Shown here one piece after another: positions 49,765 through 58,784 of a stretch of 62,686 nucleotides of DNA. Every line of letters starts with the position of its first letter. Position 1 is the stretch's first letter. This stretch comes from Candidatus Falkowbacteria bacterium (GTDB lineage Bacteria > Patescibacteriota > Patescibacteriia > UBA11705 > JABHMO01), in NCBI GenBank assembly GCA_016214755.1, contig JACRNX010000030.1:1-62686 (forward strand). The letters are read 5' to 3'. The position numbers and the translations under genes are program-made. A model generated the notes under the pieces. That model ran no database searches, had not been told where the DNA came from, and saw only the letters and a list, made by a program, of their open reading frames with translations.

Positions 49765-50451
49765 ATGCTGATTGGCGGACTGCAGAAAACAACCTTGCTT
49801 GATTATCCGAACAAAGTGGCAGCGACGGTTTTCACCATTGGGTGCAACTTTCGCTGCTCTTTTTGTCATAATCCGGATATTGTTAAAGGCATTACCCGAG
49901 TGATTCCCGTGCCCCGCGTTTTGCGTTTTTTGCAGAATCGCAAGAAATTGCTCGACGCGGTTTGCCTTTCCGGCGGCGAGCCGACTATCCAGCGCGGCCT
50001 CGTCTCGTTTATCAAAAAAATTAAAGCCCTCGGCTATTTGGTGAAATTGGACACTAACGGCGCGCGGCCGGACGTGATTGAAAAATTGCTGGCGGAAAAA
50101 TTAGTTGATTATATCGCCATGGACATCAAGGCCAAATGGGAGGATTATCAAAAAGTCACTTGCCGGATTTGGGATTTGGACGCGGTGAAAAAAAGCGCTA
50201 TAATGTTAATGAAAAGCGAAATTCCTTATGAATTCCGCTCCACGGTTTTGCCCGTGCTCCACCGCGAGGCGGATCTGCTGGCGATAGCCGAGCAAATCAA
50301 GGGCGCGGCGCGATATTATCTTCAGCCGTTTAAAAGCGAAAGCAAACTGGTCAATGATAATTTCGTCGGCGAAAAAACGTATTCCAAAAAGCAGTTGAAC
50401 GATTTCATTTCGAAAATTAAAGGATGGTTTTCCGTCTGCGAAGTGCGGTGA
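49765..50451 (+). CDS. nrdG: Anaerobic RNR activating enzyme (radical SAM)
   Basis: GCNFRCSFCHNP, SGGEPT, KLDTNG; operon context. Confidence 0.95.
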   Translation: MLIGGLQKTTLLDYPNKVAATVFTIGCNFRCSFCHNPDIVKGITRVIPVPRVLRFLQNRKKLLDAVCLSGGEPTIQRGLVSFIKKIKALGYLVKLDTNGARPDVIEKLLAEKLVDYIAMDIKAKWEDYQKVTCRIWDLDAVKKSAIMLMKSEIPYEFRSTVLPVLHREADLLAIAEQIKGAARYYLQPFKSESKLVNDNFVGEKTYSKKQLNDFISKIKGWFSVCEVR

Positions 50452-50569
50452 AAAAATATGGATTACGGATTATGTACGGATATACGGATTACGGATTTGT
50501 CCAAATGTACGGATTAACATACATACGAAAAAACGAAACAGGTTGTAGGTTGTAGGTGATAGGGGGTAA

Positions 50570-50681
50570 TGAGTAGTTTTATAGAGACGACAAAAATTGG
50601 AACTGTGAAGTGAGCTGTCTTGGAAGGGTTCCTTTTTACGTCAAAAAATCTCTACAACCTACTCACTACAACCTACAACCT
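50570..50681. repeat. 112-bp cassette, copy 2
   Basis: Matches 42098-42209. Confidence 0.9.
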
Positions 50682-50689
50682 AACAAAAT

Positions 50690-51028
50690 ATGGACGAACT
50701 AAAATCATTAATTTCCAGAAATCTGCGCGAAACCGAAGAAGTTAAAGCAGCGGTAAAAAAAATTCAACGTTATGTTTTATGGCAGCAGATTTTTAGCTGG
50801 ATAAAACTAGTAATTATCGTCGTGCCGATTGTGCTGGCAGTTATTTACGGCATGCCGCTTTTCAAGCAGGCGATCAGCGCGTACCAAGGATTAATGGGCA
50901 AGGTTGATGCGATAAAAGGCGTTAATAATGGTCCGGCCGGCATCATGAAGATTTTTGAAGAATTGGAAAAGGGCGGACTAAAAAATGGAACATTAAACGA
51001 AGCGGAGATAGAAAAATTTTTAAAATGA
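50690..51028 (+). CDS. Hypothetical single-TM protein
   Basis: 112-aa ORF with a hydrophobic helix. Confidence 0.75.
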   Translation: MDELKSLISRNLRETEEVKAAVKKIQRYVLWQQIFSWIKLVIIVVPIVLAVIYGMPLFKQAISAYQGLMGKVDAIKGVNNGPAGIMKIFEELEKGGLKNGTLNEAEIEKFLK

Positions 51029-51033
51029 TTTGC

Positions 51034-51196
51034 AGACCTTTTGCAAAATAACTTTTTCTACTGCAAATTCCAAATTTCGGCTGCAAATTGTTCAGGGCTC
51101 CTCACATTATACGTTGTATAGTGTTTCGTCGCCCATTCACAATTTTCGCTCGAAATTTGTAATTCTCGTTGCGAAAAATTATTTCGCAAAAGGTCT
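51034..51196. mobile_element. 163-bp MITE-like foldback element
   Basis: Terminal inverted repeat AGACCTTTTGC/GCAAAAGGTCT; self-complementary along almost its whole length. Confidence 0.6.
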
Positions 51197-51428
51197 TGTT
51201 GACACGGCGAAAGGGCGGTGTTTTAATTTTAAATATACGGATTACGGATTATGTACGGATATACGGATTATTTGAGACAGGAAAATTAAATTTTATTTGT
51301 AGCATTTGTAGTGGTGAGCTTGCCCTGAGCTTGCCTGCGGTGAGCTTGTCGAACCCGTCGAAGGGTAATTTGTAGCCGCTATTGATTCTTATTTCTATAA
51401 TTTTATACTTTTTATATTTTTATATCCT

Positions 51429-52652
51429 ATGTGTGACAAAAATTCACGCGGCTATTTGGCCGTTGTCATCATCGTCAGCTTGATCGTCGGCGGGTTCGCC
51501 GGCGCCTTTGGTTCTTTTTTCATCGCGCCGTCTTTGGAAAAAACAAATTGGGGCAAGCAGTTTTTAGGGACAAACGCGCCGGAGCAATCCGTCAATCAAA
51601 AAAAAGTCATCAGCGTTGAAGAAAATTCAGCGACGATTGAGGCGGTGAAAAAGGTCTCGCCGTCTGTCGTCAGCGTCGTCGTCACTAAAGAATTGGAAAG
51701 TTTTTACAATTTGACCGGGCCGGATGTTTTTAATTTTTGGAATTTCGGAACGCAAATCCCTCAAGGCAATGGCAAAAAAGAGAAAAAAGAAATCGGCGGC
51801 GGCACGGGCTTTGTCATCGGCGCCGACGGTTTGATTTTGACCAACAAGCACGTGGTAGCCGATGAGCAGGCGGAATATTCCGTTCTTTTCAGCGACGGAA
51901 AAAGATACGAGGCGAAGGTGCTTGGTCGCGACACTGTTTATGACGTCGCGGTTTTGAAAATTGACGCGAAAAATCTGGCGGTCGCGGAAATCGGCGATTC
52001 GGATAAAATTGAAATCGGGCAAACGGTCATCGCCATCGGCAACGCGTTGTCCGAATATTCCAATTCAGTGACTCGCGGCGTGGTGTCAGGCATCAATCGG
52101 AAAGTTATTGCCGGCGACAGCGGCGGCGGCTCGGAAGTTATTCAAGGAGCGATCCAAACCGACGCGGCGATTAATCCAGGCAATTCCGGCGGCCCGCTTT
52201 TGAATCTGGCCGGCCAGGTCATCGGCGTTAACACTGCGGTCAACTGGCAGGGGCAATCGCTCGGTTTCGCCATCCCGATCAATCAAGCCAAAAGCGTGAT
52301 CGAGAGCGTCAAGCAATTCGGAAAAATCGTGCGGCCGTGGCTCGGCGTTCGCTATATCCAGTTAAACGAAGAAATCGCCAAAGCCAATAATTTGAAATAC
52401 AATTACGGGGCCATGGTTCTGCAAGGCCAGAATAAAACCGAACCAGCGGTGGTGGCGGCTAGTCCGGCGGAAAAAGCGGGCATTAAGGAGAATGACATTA
52501 TTTTGGAAGTCAATGGTGAAAAATTGGACGATGATTCGTCATTAGTCCAAGAGATTTCCAAATACAAGCCGGGCAATGTGATAATTTTGCAAGTCGCGCG
52601 CGAGGATAAAGTTATGGAAATAAAGGTGAAGTTGGAGGAGAGGCGGGAATAG
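51429..52652 (+). CDS. htrA: HtrA/DegP-family serine protease with one PDZ domain
   Basis: TM anchor, LTNKHVV, DVAVLKI, AINPGNSGGPL, PDZ. Confidence 0.95.
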   Translation: MCDKNSRGYLAVVIIVSLIVGGFAGAFGSFFIAPSLEKTNWGKQFLGTNAPEQSVNQKKVISVEENSATIEAVKKVSPSVVSVVVTKELESFYNLTGPDVFNFWNFGTQIPQGNGKKEKKEIGGGTGFVIGADGLILTNKHVVADEQAEYSVLFSDGKRYEAKVLGRDTVYDVAVLKIDAKNLAVAEIGDSDKIEIGQTVIAIGNALSEYSNSVTRGVVSGINRKVIAGDSGGGSEVIQGAIQTDAAINPGNSGGPLLNLAGQVIGVNTAVNWQGQSLGFAIPINQAKSVIESVKQFGKIVRPWLGVRYIQLNEEIAKANNLKYNYGAMVLQGQNKTEPAVVAASPAEKAGIKENDIILEVNGEKLDDDSSLVQEISKYKPGNVIILQVAREDKVMEIKVKLEERRE

Positions 52653-52702
52653 GGCAAATAGAGCAAATAGGACATATAAGACAAATAGGACATATATTAA
52701 CC

Positions 52703-53806
52703 ATGCAAGACAGTTTTGAAAAAATGACCGAACTTAAAGAACGCATTCAGCGAGCTTGCGCGATTATTCGAATTGACGAGAAAAAGAAAAAAATCATTGA
52801 ATTGCAGCACCAGATGTCGCGGCCGGATTTTTGGCGTGAGCAAGAACAAGCGAAAAAGACCAGCCGGCTGGCGTGCGATTTGGAGGAAGAAGTCGCGGCT
52901 TGGGAAGGGCTCGGACAGCGCATTGACGATTTGCGCGCGTTGATTGAGATGGGAGAAGGAAACGAATCGTCCAACTTGCGGGTAGACGCGGAACAGGAAT
53001 TGGCGCTAGTGGAAAAAGAATTGAATAAAATGGAATTCGCTTTGCTTTTTGCCGGAAAATACGATCATTGCGACAGCGTGGTGAGCATTCGCGCCGGCGC
53101 CGGCGGCACGGACGCGCAGGACTGGGCGGAAATGCTTTTGCGGATGTACCTTCGTTTTTGCGAAAGCCAAAAGTGGCAGACGAAAATCGTGGAAATTTCA
53201 GCGGGCGGGGAAGCGGGAATAAAAAGCGTTTTGTTCGAAGTGCGCGGCCGGAACAGTTACGGCTATTTAAAAGCCGAGCACGGTGTTCATCGCTTGGTTC
53301 GCATTTCGCCGTTTGACGCGGAGAAAATGCGGCACACTTCGTTCGCTTTGGTGGAAGTTCTGCCGCTGTTGGAAGAAGCGGGAGAAATTGAAATAAAACC
53401 GGATGAACTTCGGATTGACACTTATCGGGCGGGCGGGCACGGCGGACAGGGAGTCAATAAAACCGATTCCGCGGTCCGGATAGTCCATCTAGCGACGAAG
53501 ATTACAGTTACCTGCCAGAACGAACGTTCCCAGCAGCAGAATCGTGAAACAGCGCTTAAAATTCTGCGGGCAAAACTCCAGCAATATCATGAAGCGAAGG
53601 AAGAGGAGGAACGGATGCGGTTGCGCGGCGAATACACGGAAGCGGCTTGGGGCAATCAAATCCGTTCTTATGTTTTGCATCCGTATAAAATGGTAAAAGA
53701 CCATCGGACGGAAATGGAAACAAGCGACGTGGAAAGAGTTCTCGACGGCGATTTAATTTTGTTTATGGAGGCGTATTTAAGAATGAAGGTTGGAAATAGG
53801 TTGTAG
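52703..53806 (+). CDS. prfB: Peptide chain release factor 2
   Basis: SPF and GGQ motifs, WGNQIRSYV. Confidence 0.97.
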   Translation: MQDSFEKMTELKERIQRACAIIRIDEKKKKIIELQHQMSRPDFWREQEQAKKTSRLACDLEEEVAAWEGLGQRIDDLRALIEMGEGNESSNLRVDAEQELALVEKELNKMEFALLFAGKYDHCDSVVSIRAGAGGTDAQDWAEMLLRMYLRFCESQKWQTKIVEISAGGEAGIKSVLFEVRGRNSYGYLKAEHGVHRLVRISPFDAEKMRHTSFALVEVLPLLEEAGEIEIKPDELRIDTYRAGGHGGQGVNKTDSAVRIVHLATKITVTCQNERSQQQNRETALKILRAKLQQYHEAKEEEERMRLRGEYTEAAWGNQIRSYVLHPYKMVKDHRTEMETSDVERVLDGDLILFMEAYLRMKVGNRL

Positions 53807-53867
53807 TGAGTAGTGGGTAGTGTTTTGATATAACTACCACCTACCACCTACCACCTACCACCTAATT

Positions 53868-54950
53868 ATGCGTTGGTTTGTCGGAGTGATTATCGCAGTT
53901 GTCATCGCCGGAGCCGTGGCGGCGGCGAGTTATTTTATTTTTCACGAAGAAGTTGATTTTATCGTTGATAAAACATTGAAAACCGCTGGTTTGATTCCAT
54001 TCGGCGATTGGGCGCGCGGTCAGGAAAAGGAAGCGGAAATATTGAACGCCAAGGAAGCGCTGGAGTCGCGGATCAGCTTGCTGGCGGTCGGCGACATAAT
54101 GCTCTCGCGCGTCGTTGGCCAGAAAATGGTTGCGTACAAGGATTATCATTTTCCGTTTTTGAAAGTCCAGGATTTGATTGGCCAGGCGGACATCAGCTTC
54201 GGTAATTTGGAAAGCCCGATTATAAAAGGAGCGCCGGTTAAAACCGGCTCGTTCAATTTTCGCGCCGACCCGGAAGCGGCCGAGAGTTTGTCTTTCGCCG
54301 GCTTCGATGTGTTAAGTTTGGCGAACAATCATATTTTAAATCAAGGACAGGATGGACTGCAAAAAACGTTTTATTATCTAAAAGAACAAAAAATTGATTA
54401 TTGCGGCGCGGTGAACAATTCCGGCAAACTTCAATTCGATACGCTTCTGCCGACGATTAGAGAGGTCAAAGGCGCAAAGATTGGCTTTCTGTGTTACGGT
54501 TATGGTCCGGAAAATTACGCGGCCAAGCAAAAAAGCGCGGGCATTATCCTTATGGACGAAGAACAACTTGCTCGCGACATTCAAAATGCAAAAGAACAAA
54601 ATTTAGTTGATTTTCTGGTTGTCTCAATGCACGATGGCGTTGAATATCAAAAAGAGCCGTCTGCGCGTCAAAAATCGTTTGCCCATCGAGCGATTGATCT
54701 CGGCGCTGACCTTGTCGTCGGCCATCACGCGCATGTCGTTCAGGAAATCGAACAATATAAAGGCAAATACATTTTTTACGGTTTAGGCAATTTTGTTTTT
54801 GACCAGATGTGGTCCGAAGAAACGAGAAAGGGATTGGCGGTGAAGTTTATTATTAAAAAGGAATCGGCCGGCGTGTTTAAAGTTGAAACAGTTGAACAAT
54901 ATCCTGTCATAATCGAGGATTATGGCCAGCCAAGTTTAGTCAGAAAGTAG
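53868..54950 (+). CDS. CapA/PGA_cap metallophosphoesterase family protein
   Basis: VGDIML, NLESP, LANNH, H.G.E, GHHAHV, YGLGNFVFD. Confidence 0.92.
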   Translation: MRWFVGVIIAVVIAGAVAAASYFIFHEEVDFIVDKTLKTAGLIPFGDWARGQEKEAEILNAKEALESRISLLAVGDIMLSRVVGQKMVAYKDYHFPFLKVQDLIGQADISFGNLESPIIKGAPVKTGSFNFRADPEAAESLSFAGFDVLSLANNHILNQGQDGLQKTFYYLKEQKIDYCGAVNNSGKLQFDTLLPTIREVKGAKIGFLCYGYGPENYAAKQKSAGIILMDEEQLARDIQNAKEQNLVDFLVVSMHDGVEYQKEPSARQKSFAHRAIDLGADLVVGHHAHVVQEIEQYKGKYIFYGLGNFVFDQMWSEETRKGLAVKFIIKKESAGVFKVETVEQYPVIIEDYGQPSLVRK

Positions 54951-54981
54951 AAAATAGAAAGTAGAAAATAGAATTAATGAA

Positions 54982-55332
54982 ATGGGTACAAAATCATTTA
55001 AAGAATTAATTGTTTGGCAAAAGTCGCGAGATTTAGCAATTGCTGTTTATCAATTTACAGAAAAATTTCCACGTTCAGAATTATATGGATTGTCAAGTCA
55101 GATGAGACGAGCCGCTGTTTCAATTTCCTCGAATATCGCGGAAAGTTATCGCCGTTTTCATTTTAAAGAGAAAAGACATTTATTGACAATTGCTTTTGGT
55201 TCTGGTTCGGAGTTAGAAAGTCAAATTGAGATTTCGAAAATATTGTTCTCAAATATAGATTACGATCGCGCGGAGCGAACTTTAGACGAGGTAATGAAAC
55301 TCCTCAATAATTTTTTGAATAATAATAAATAA
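54982..55332 (+). CDS. Four-helix-bundle protein (23S rRNA IVP / Avd-like family)
   Basis: SFKELIVWQKS, FP..E.YGL.SQMRRAAVSI.SNIAE, A.GS..ELE.Q; flanked by inverted TAGAA arms. Confidence 0.93.
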   Translation: MGTKSFKELIVWQKSRDLAIAVYQFTEKFPRSELYGLSSQMRRAAVSISSNIAESYRRFHFKEKRHLLTIAFGSGSELESQIEISKILFSNIDYDRAERTLDEVMKLLNNFLNNNK

Positions 55333-55380
55333 AATTCTACATTCTACATTCTACATTCTATTTTCTATTTTCTAAATTCT

Positions 55381-56322
55381 ATGTTTATTAAACCAAAAGT
55401 ATTAGTCACCGGCGGCGCCGGGTTCATCGGCTCGCACCAAGTAGACGCGCTCATTGACGCCGATTATCGAGTGGCGGTGGTTGACAATTTGTCAACCGGC
55501 GATCGAAATAATTTGAATCCGCAGGCAGAATTTTACGAATTAGACATCCGTGAAAGCAAGCTGGCGGAAGTTTTTGAAAAAGAAAAGCCGGACTTTGTTT
55601 TTCATTTCGCAGGGCAAATCAGCGTCAATCAGTCGGTGGAAGACCCGGTTTACGACGCGGACGTCAACATCATCGGTTCGTTGAATCTGCTGGAGCAATG
55701 CGTGAAATATAAAGTCAAAAAAATTATTTTTTCTTCCACCGGCGGCGCGCTTTACGGTGAAGCGGACGTCGTGCCGACGGCAGAGGACTATCCCTGCCAG
55801 CCGATTTCACCGTATGGCATCGCTAAATTGTCGGTGGAAAACTATTTGCGATTTTATTTTGAACAATTCGGTTTGGCCTGCGGCATAATGCGCTACGCCA
55901 ATGTCTATGGCCCGCGCCAGAACTCAAAGGGCGAAGCCGGCGTGATCGCGATTTTCACGGAAAAAATGCTCAATCGTTTAACGCCAATCATCCACGGCGA
56001 CGGCCATCAAACGCGCGATTATGTTTTTGTCGAAGACGTCGTCAGCGCCAACATGGCGATGCTGGAAAGCGAGGCCGTGGATTTTTACAATGTTGGCACT
56101 AGCCGGCAGACGACGGTGAACGAGGTTTTTAATTTCATCAAAAAGGAATTAGCGTCGGACGCCGAGCCGCGCTATGACCCTAACGCGTTTGCCGGCCAGG
56201 CGGTCAGCTGTTTGAGTTTTGAAAAAATTCAGCGCGCGCTCGGCTGGCGGCCGCTCTTTGATGTTGAGGAAGGAATCAAGAAGACGGTGGAGTGGTTTAG
56301 GGATAAAGAAAATAGAAAATAG
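55381..56322 (+). CDS. galE: NAD-dependent epimerase (UDP-glucose 4-epimerase-like)
   Basis: TGGAGFIG, SSTGGALYG, YGIAK (YxxxK), RYANVYGPRQ. Confidence 0.88.
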   Translation: MFIKPKVLVTGGAGFIGSHQVDALIDADYRVAVVDNLSTGDRNNLNPQAEFYELDIRESKLAEVFEKEKPDFVFHFAGQISVNQSVEDPVYDADVNIIGSLNLLEQCVKYKVKKIIFSSTGGALYGEADVVPTAEDYPCQPISPYGIAKLSVENYLRFYFEQFGLACGIMRYANVYGPRQNSKGEAGVIAIFTEKMLNRLTPIIHGDGHQTRDYVFVEDVVSANMAMLESEAVDFYNVGTSRQTTVNEVFNFIKKELASDAEPRYDPNAFAGQAVSCLSFEKIQRALGWRPLFDVEEGIKKTVEWFRDKENRK

Positions 56323-56478
56323 AAAGTAGAAAGTAGAAAGGATAGGGTGAAAATTAATGGAGACATGGAATTACAGATAGGATGTGGCGTCAGATTTCGT
56401 GCGTTTAGTTTTCCCCTTTAGACTTGCCCTGAGTAAAATCGAAGGGATAAGGGGGAAAAAGGGGGTTATTCAAGGGTT

Positions 56479-57435
56479 ATGAAACGTGGAAGCAATAATT
56501 TTTTGCCAAAGGATAATTTTCGGCCACGCAAACGGTTGGGGCAGAATTTTTTGATTGATAAAAATATTTTGCGAAAAATTATGGCCGCCGCTCGTTTATC
56601 AGCCGCGGACAACGTGCTTGAAGTCGGCCCGGGAAAAGGCATTCTGACCGAAGAGCTCGTCAAAAAAGCGAAGCGGGTCGTGGCGGTGGAAAAAGATAAA
56701 AGATTGGCAGAAGAAATTCTAAACAAATCACAAATTCCAAATTACGAATTACGTCCTTCGAGGCTCGCCCCGCCAGAAGCGGGGCTCGCACCTCAGGATG
56801 ACAAGTGCGTTTTCTCTGTCACCCTGAGCCCATTCGACGGAGTTTATCCTGAGCGAAGTCGAAGGGCTCAGGGTAAACTCTGTCGAAGGGACGATTTACG
56901 AATTATCTGCGCCGACATCTTGAAGATTACGGCGGACGATTTGCGGGAATGGTTTAACGCTGAACCGTATAAAATCGTCGCCAATTTGCCGTACAATATC
57001 ACCAGCCGATTTCTACGGCAGTTTTTGGAAAGCGACTATCAGCCGAAAGAAATGATTTTAATGGTCCAAAAAGAAGTGGCTGAGCGCGTCGTCCAAAAGC
57101 CCGGGCAGATGAGCTTGTTGTCCGTGTCAGTGCAATTTTTTTGCGAACCGGAAATTTTGTTTTTTGTCTCAAAAAATTGTTTTCAGCCGGCGCCGAAAGT
57201 TGACAGCGCCGTCATTCGATTGAACAATATCCGGCGCGATAAGTTCGCGATTCCAGCGGATATTTTTTTCGCGGTGGTGAAAAAAGGGTTCAGCGCCAAG
57301 CGCAAGCAGTTGAAAAACAATCTTGGAGTGACCGCGACGGCATTAAGTCAGCTGGGGCTTAAGCCAACAGTCAGGCCGCAGGAGCTTTCAATGGGCGATT
57401 GGATTAAATTGGCGGAAAGAGGTGGTAGATTGTAG
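56479..57435 (+). CDS. rsmA: 16S rRNA dimethyltransferase RsmA/KsgA, with a 51-aa in-frame insertion
   Basis: LGQNFL, EVGPGKG.LT, VANLPYNI, QKEVAER, P.PKVDS. Confidence 0.96.
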   Translation: MKRGSNNFLPKDNFRPRKRLGQNFLIDKNILRKIMAAARLSAADNVLEVGPGKGILTEELVKKAKRVVAVEKDKRLAEEILNKSQIPNYELRPSRLAPPEAGLAPQDDKCVFSVTLSPFDGVYPERSRRAQGKLCRRDDLRIICADILKITADDLREWFNAEPYKIVANLPYNITSRFLRQFLESDYQPKEMILMVQKEVAERVVQKPGQMSLLSVSVQFFCEPEILFFVSKNCFQPAPKVDSAVIRLNNIRRDKFAIPADIFFAVVKKGFSAKRKQLKNNLGVTATALSQLGLKPTVRPQELSMGDWIKLAERGGRL

Positions 57436-57672
57436 GTGGTAGTGAGTAGGTGGTAGTCGCCCACCAATTTGTCAAAAGATCCTGAATCGAGTTCAGGATG
57501 ACAATTAGACATGCCCAAGATTTATTCACATCCCTTTGGTTATTTGCATTAAAAATGTTATAATGTATTCAGTAAAAAAACACGCTAAAATAAGCAAGCG
57601 ATGTCTGCATATTTTTCAAGACAATAAGTTTTGCGTTTTCACTTTCTACAACCTACTCACTACAACCTAAAT

Positions 57673-58572
57673 ATGCGCGAAGAAGATAAGAAGGAATTTC
57701 CAGCGGATGAACCTGAAATCCAGCCAGATGTTAATGTTGAAAAAGGATTCGGAGCCACGCGGTTCGCGCAAAGCAATCCAGTGGATGATTTTAATGTTTA
57801 TCAAAGAGAGAAAAGGAAACAAATAATCGCTTTAACCGGAGTGGCGGTGATTGGCATCGGAATAGTAATTATTGGATTTTGGCAATTAAAAAATAATTTG
57901 ACGCTGCCTTGGCCAGCCGCTCCCAAAGACAGCGGGACAGCTGTTTCCGCGAGCCAGGTAATCGAAAAGATGGATATCAGCGATGAAGATCCGGCGGTTT
58001 TGAAACAAAAGGATTCAGATGGAGATAAAATCAGCGACTTTGACGAATATTACATTTATGGCACCAGCGCTTATCTCGCTGATTCTGATTCAGATGGCGT
58101 CTCGGATTTTGACGAAATCCAAAATAGCGAAGACCCGAATTGCGAAAAAGGCAAGCAATGTTTTCGAACTGGAGAGTTCGTGGAAGCCGGCTTGAGCGAG
58201 GGGACGAAAACCGAAAGCAGTCCAAAAAGCAGTTTATTGAATATTGACGCTGACACTTTGCGGAAATTGTTAGCGCAGTCAGGCAAAATCAGCGAAGACC
58301 AGTTGAAAATAATCAGCGACGCGGATTTGATAGAGATGTACAAGCAAATGCTGGCGGAAAATCCGGATTTAGTGAAAAAGTTTGAGGCGCAGGCGAACGA
58401 GGATAAAAGTTCGGCGCCAACCGAGGGGAGCGTGACGATCGTGGATATAAAGAAAATGCTGTTGAGCCAAGGGATAAGCGAATCAGAATTAAACGCTTTC
58501 GGCGACGCGGAGTTGACGAAAATGTACCAAGCGGCTTTTGAAAAAGTTAAGACAGAAGAACAAAACAAATAA
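57673..58572 (+). CDS. Membrane protein with TSP3-like repeats and short helical repeats
   Basis: TM, DSDGDKISD/DSDSDGVSD; two LL..G.S..L..I.DA.L..MY repeats. Confidence 0.8.
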   Translation: MREEDKKEFPADEPEIQPDVNVEKGFGATRFAQSNPVDDFNVYQREKRKQIIALTGVAVIGIGIVIIGFWQLKNNLTLPWPAAPKDSGTAVSASQVIEKMDISDEDPAVLKQKDSDGDKISDFDEYYIYGTSAYLADSDSDGVSDFDEIQNSEDPNCEKGKQCFRTGEFVEAGLSEGTKTESSPKSSLLNIDADTLRKLLAQSGKISEDQLKIISDADLIEMYKQMLAENPDLVKKFEAQANEDKSSAPTEGSVTIVDIKKMLLSQGISESELNAFGDAELTKMYQAAFEKVKTEEQNK

Positions 58573-58577
58573 TGTTT

Positions 58578-58767
58578 TGTCATGCTTCGAGAGCCTCAGC
58601 ATGACAAGCATCCTCGGCGTGACAGAATCTTCGCGTGAAGAAAGTCGCCCCTCTGTGTCACCCTGAGGCTCTCGAAGGGTGACATTGGGTGACATTTGGA
58701 AAACGTCCTCATGTCATCCTGAGGTGCGAGTCCCGACGAAAGTCAGAGCGAGCCTCGAAGGATGACG
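58578..58767. repeat. Cluster of three GTCA..TGAC REP-like palindromes
   Basis: TGTCATGCT.., GTCACCCTGAGG..GGGTGAC, GTCATCCTGAGG..GAAGGATGAC; relatives at 42709, 43261 and 56755. Confidence 0.8.
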
Positions 58768-58784
58768 AAGAGAATATTATGATT

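Noticed and set aside
51030..51375. ORFs 51030-51275 and 51169-51375
   Set aside because: Made entirely of MITE/REP/tandem-repeat DNA
25868..55332. Diversity-generating retroelement (Avd-like genes plus large surface proteins)
   Set aside because: No reverse transcriptase, and no TR/VR pair with adenine-specific mismatches seen; the 112-bp duplicate is non-coding in both copies
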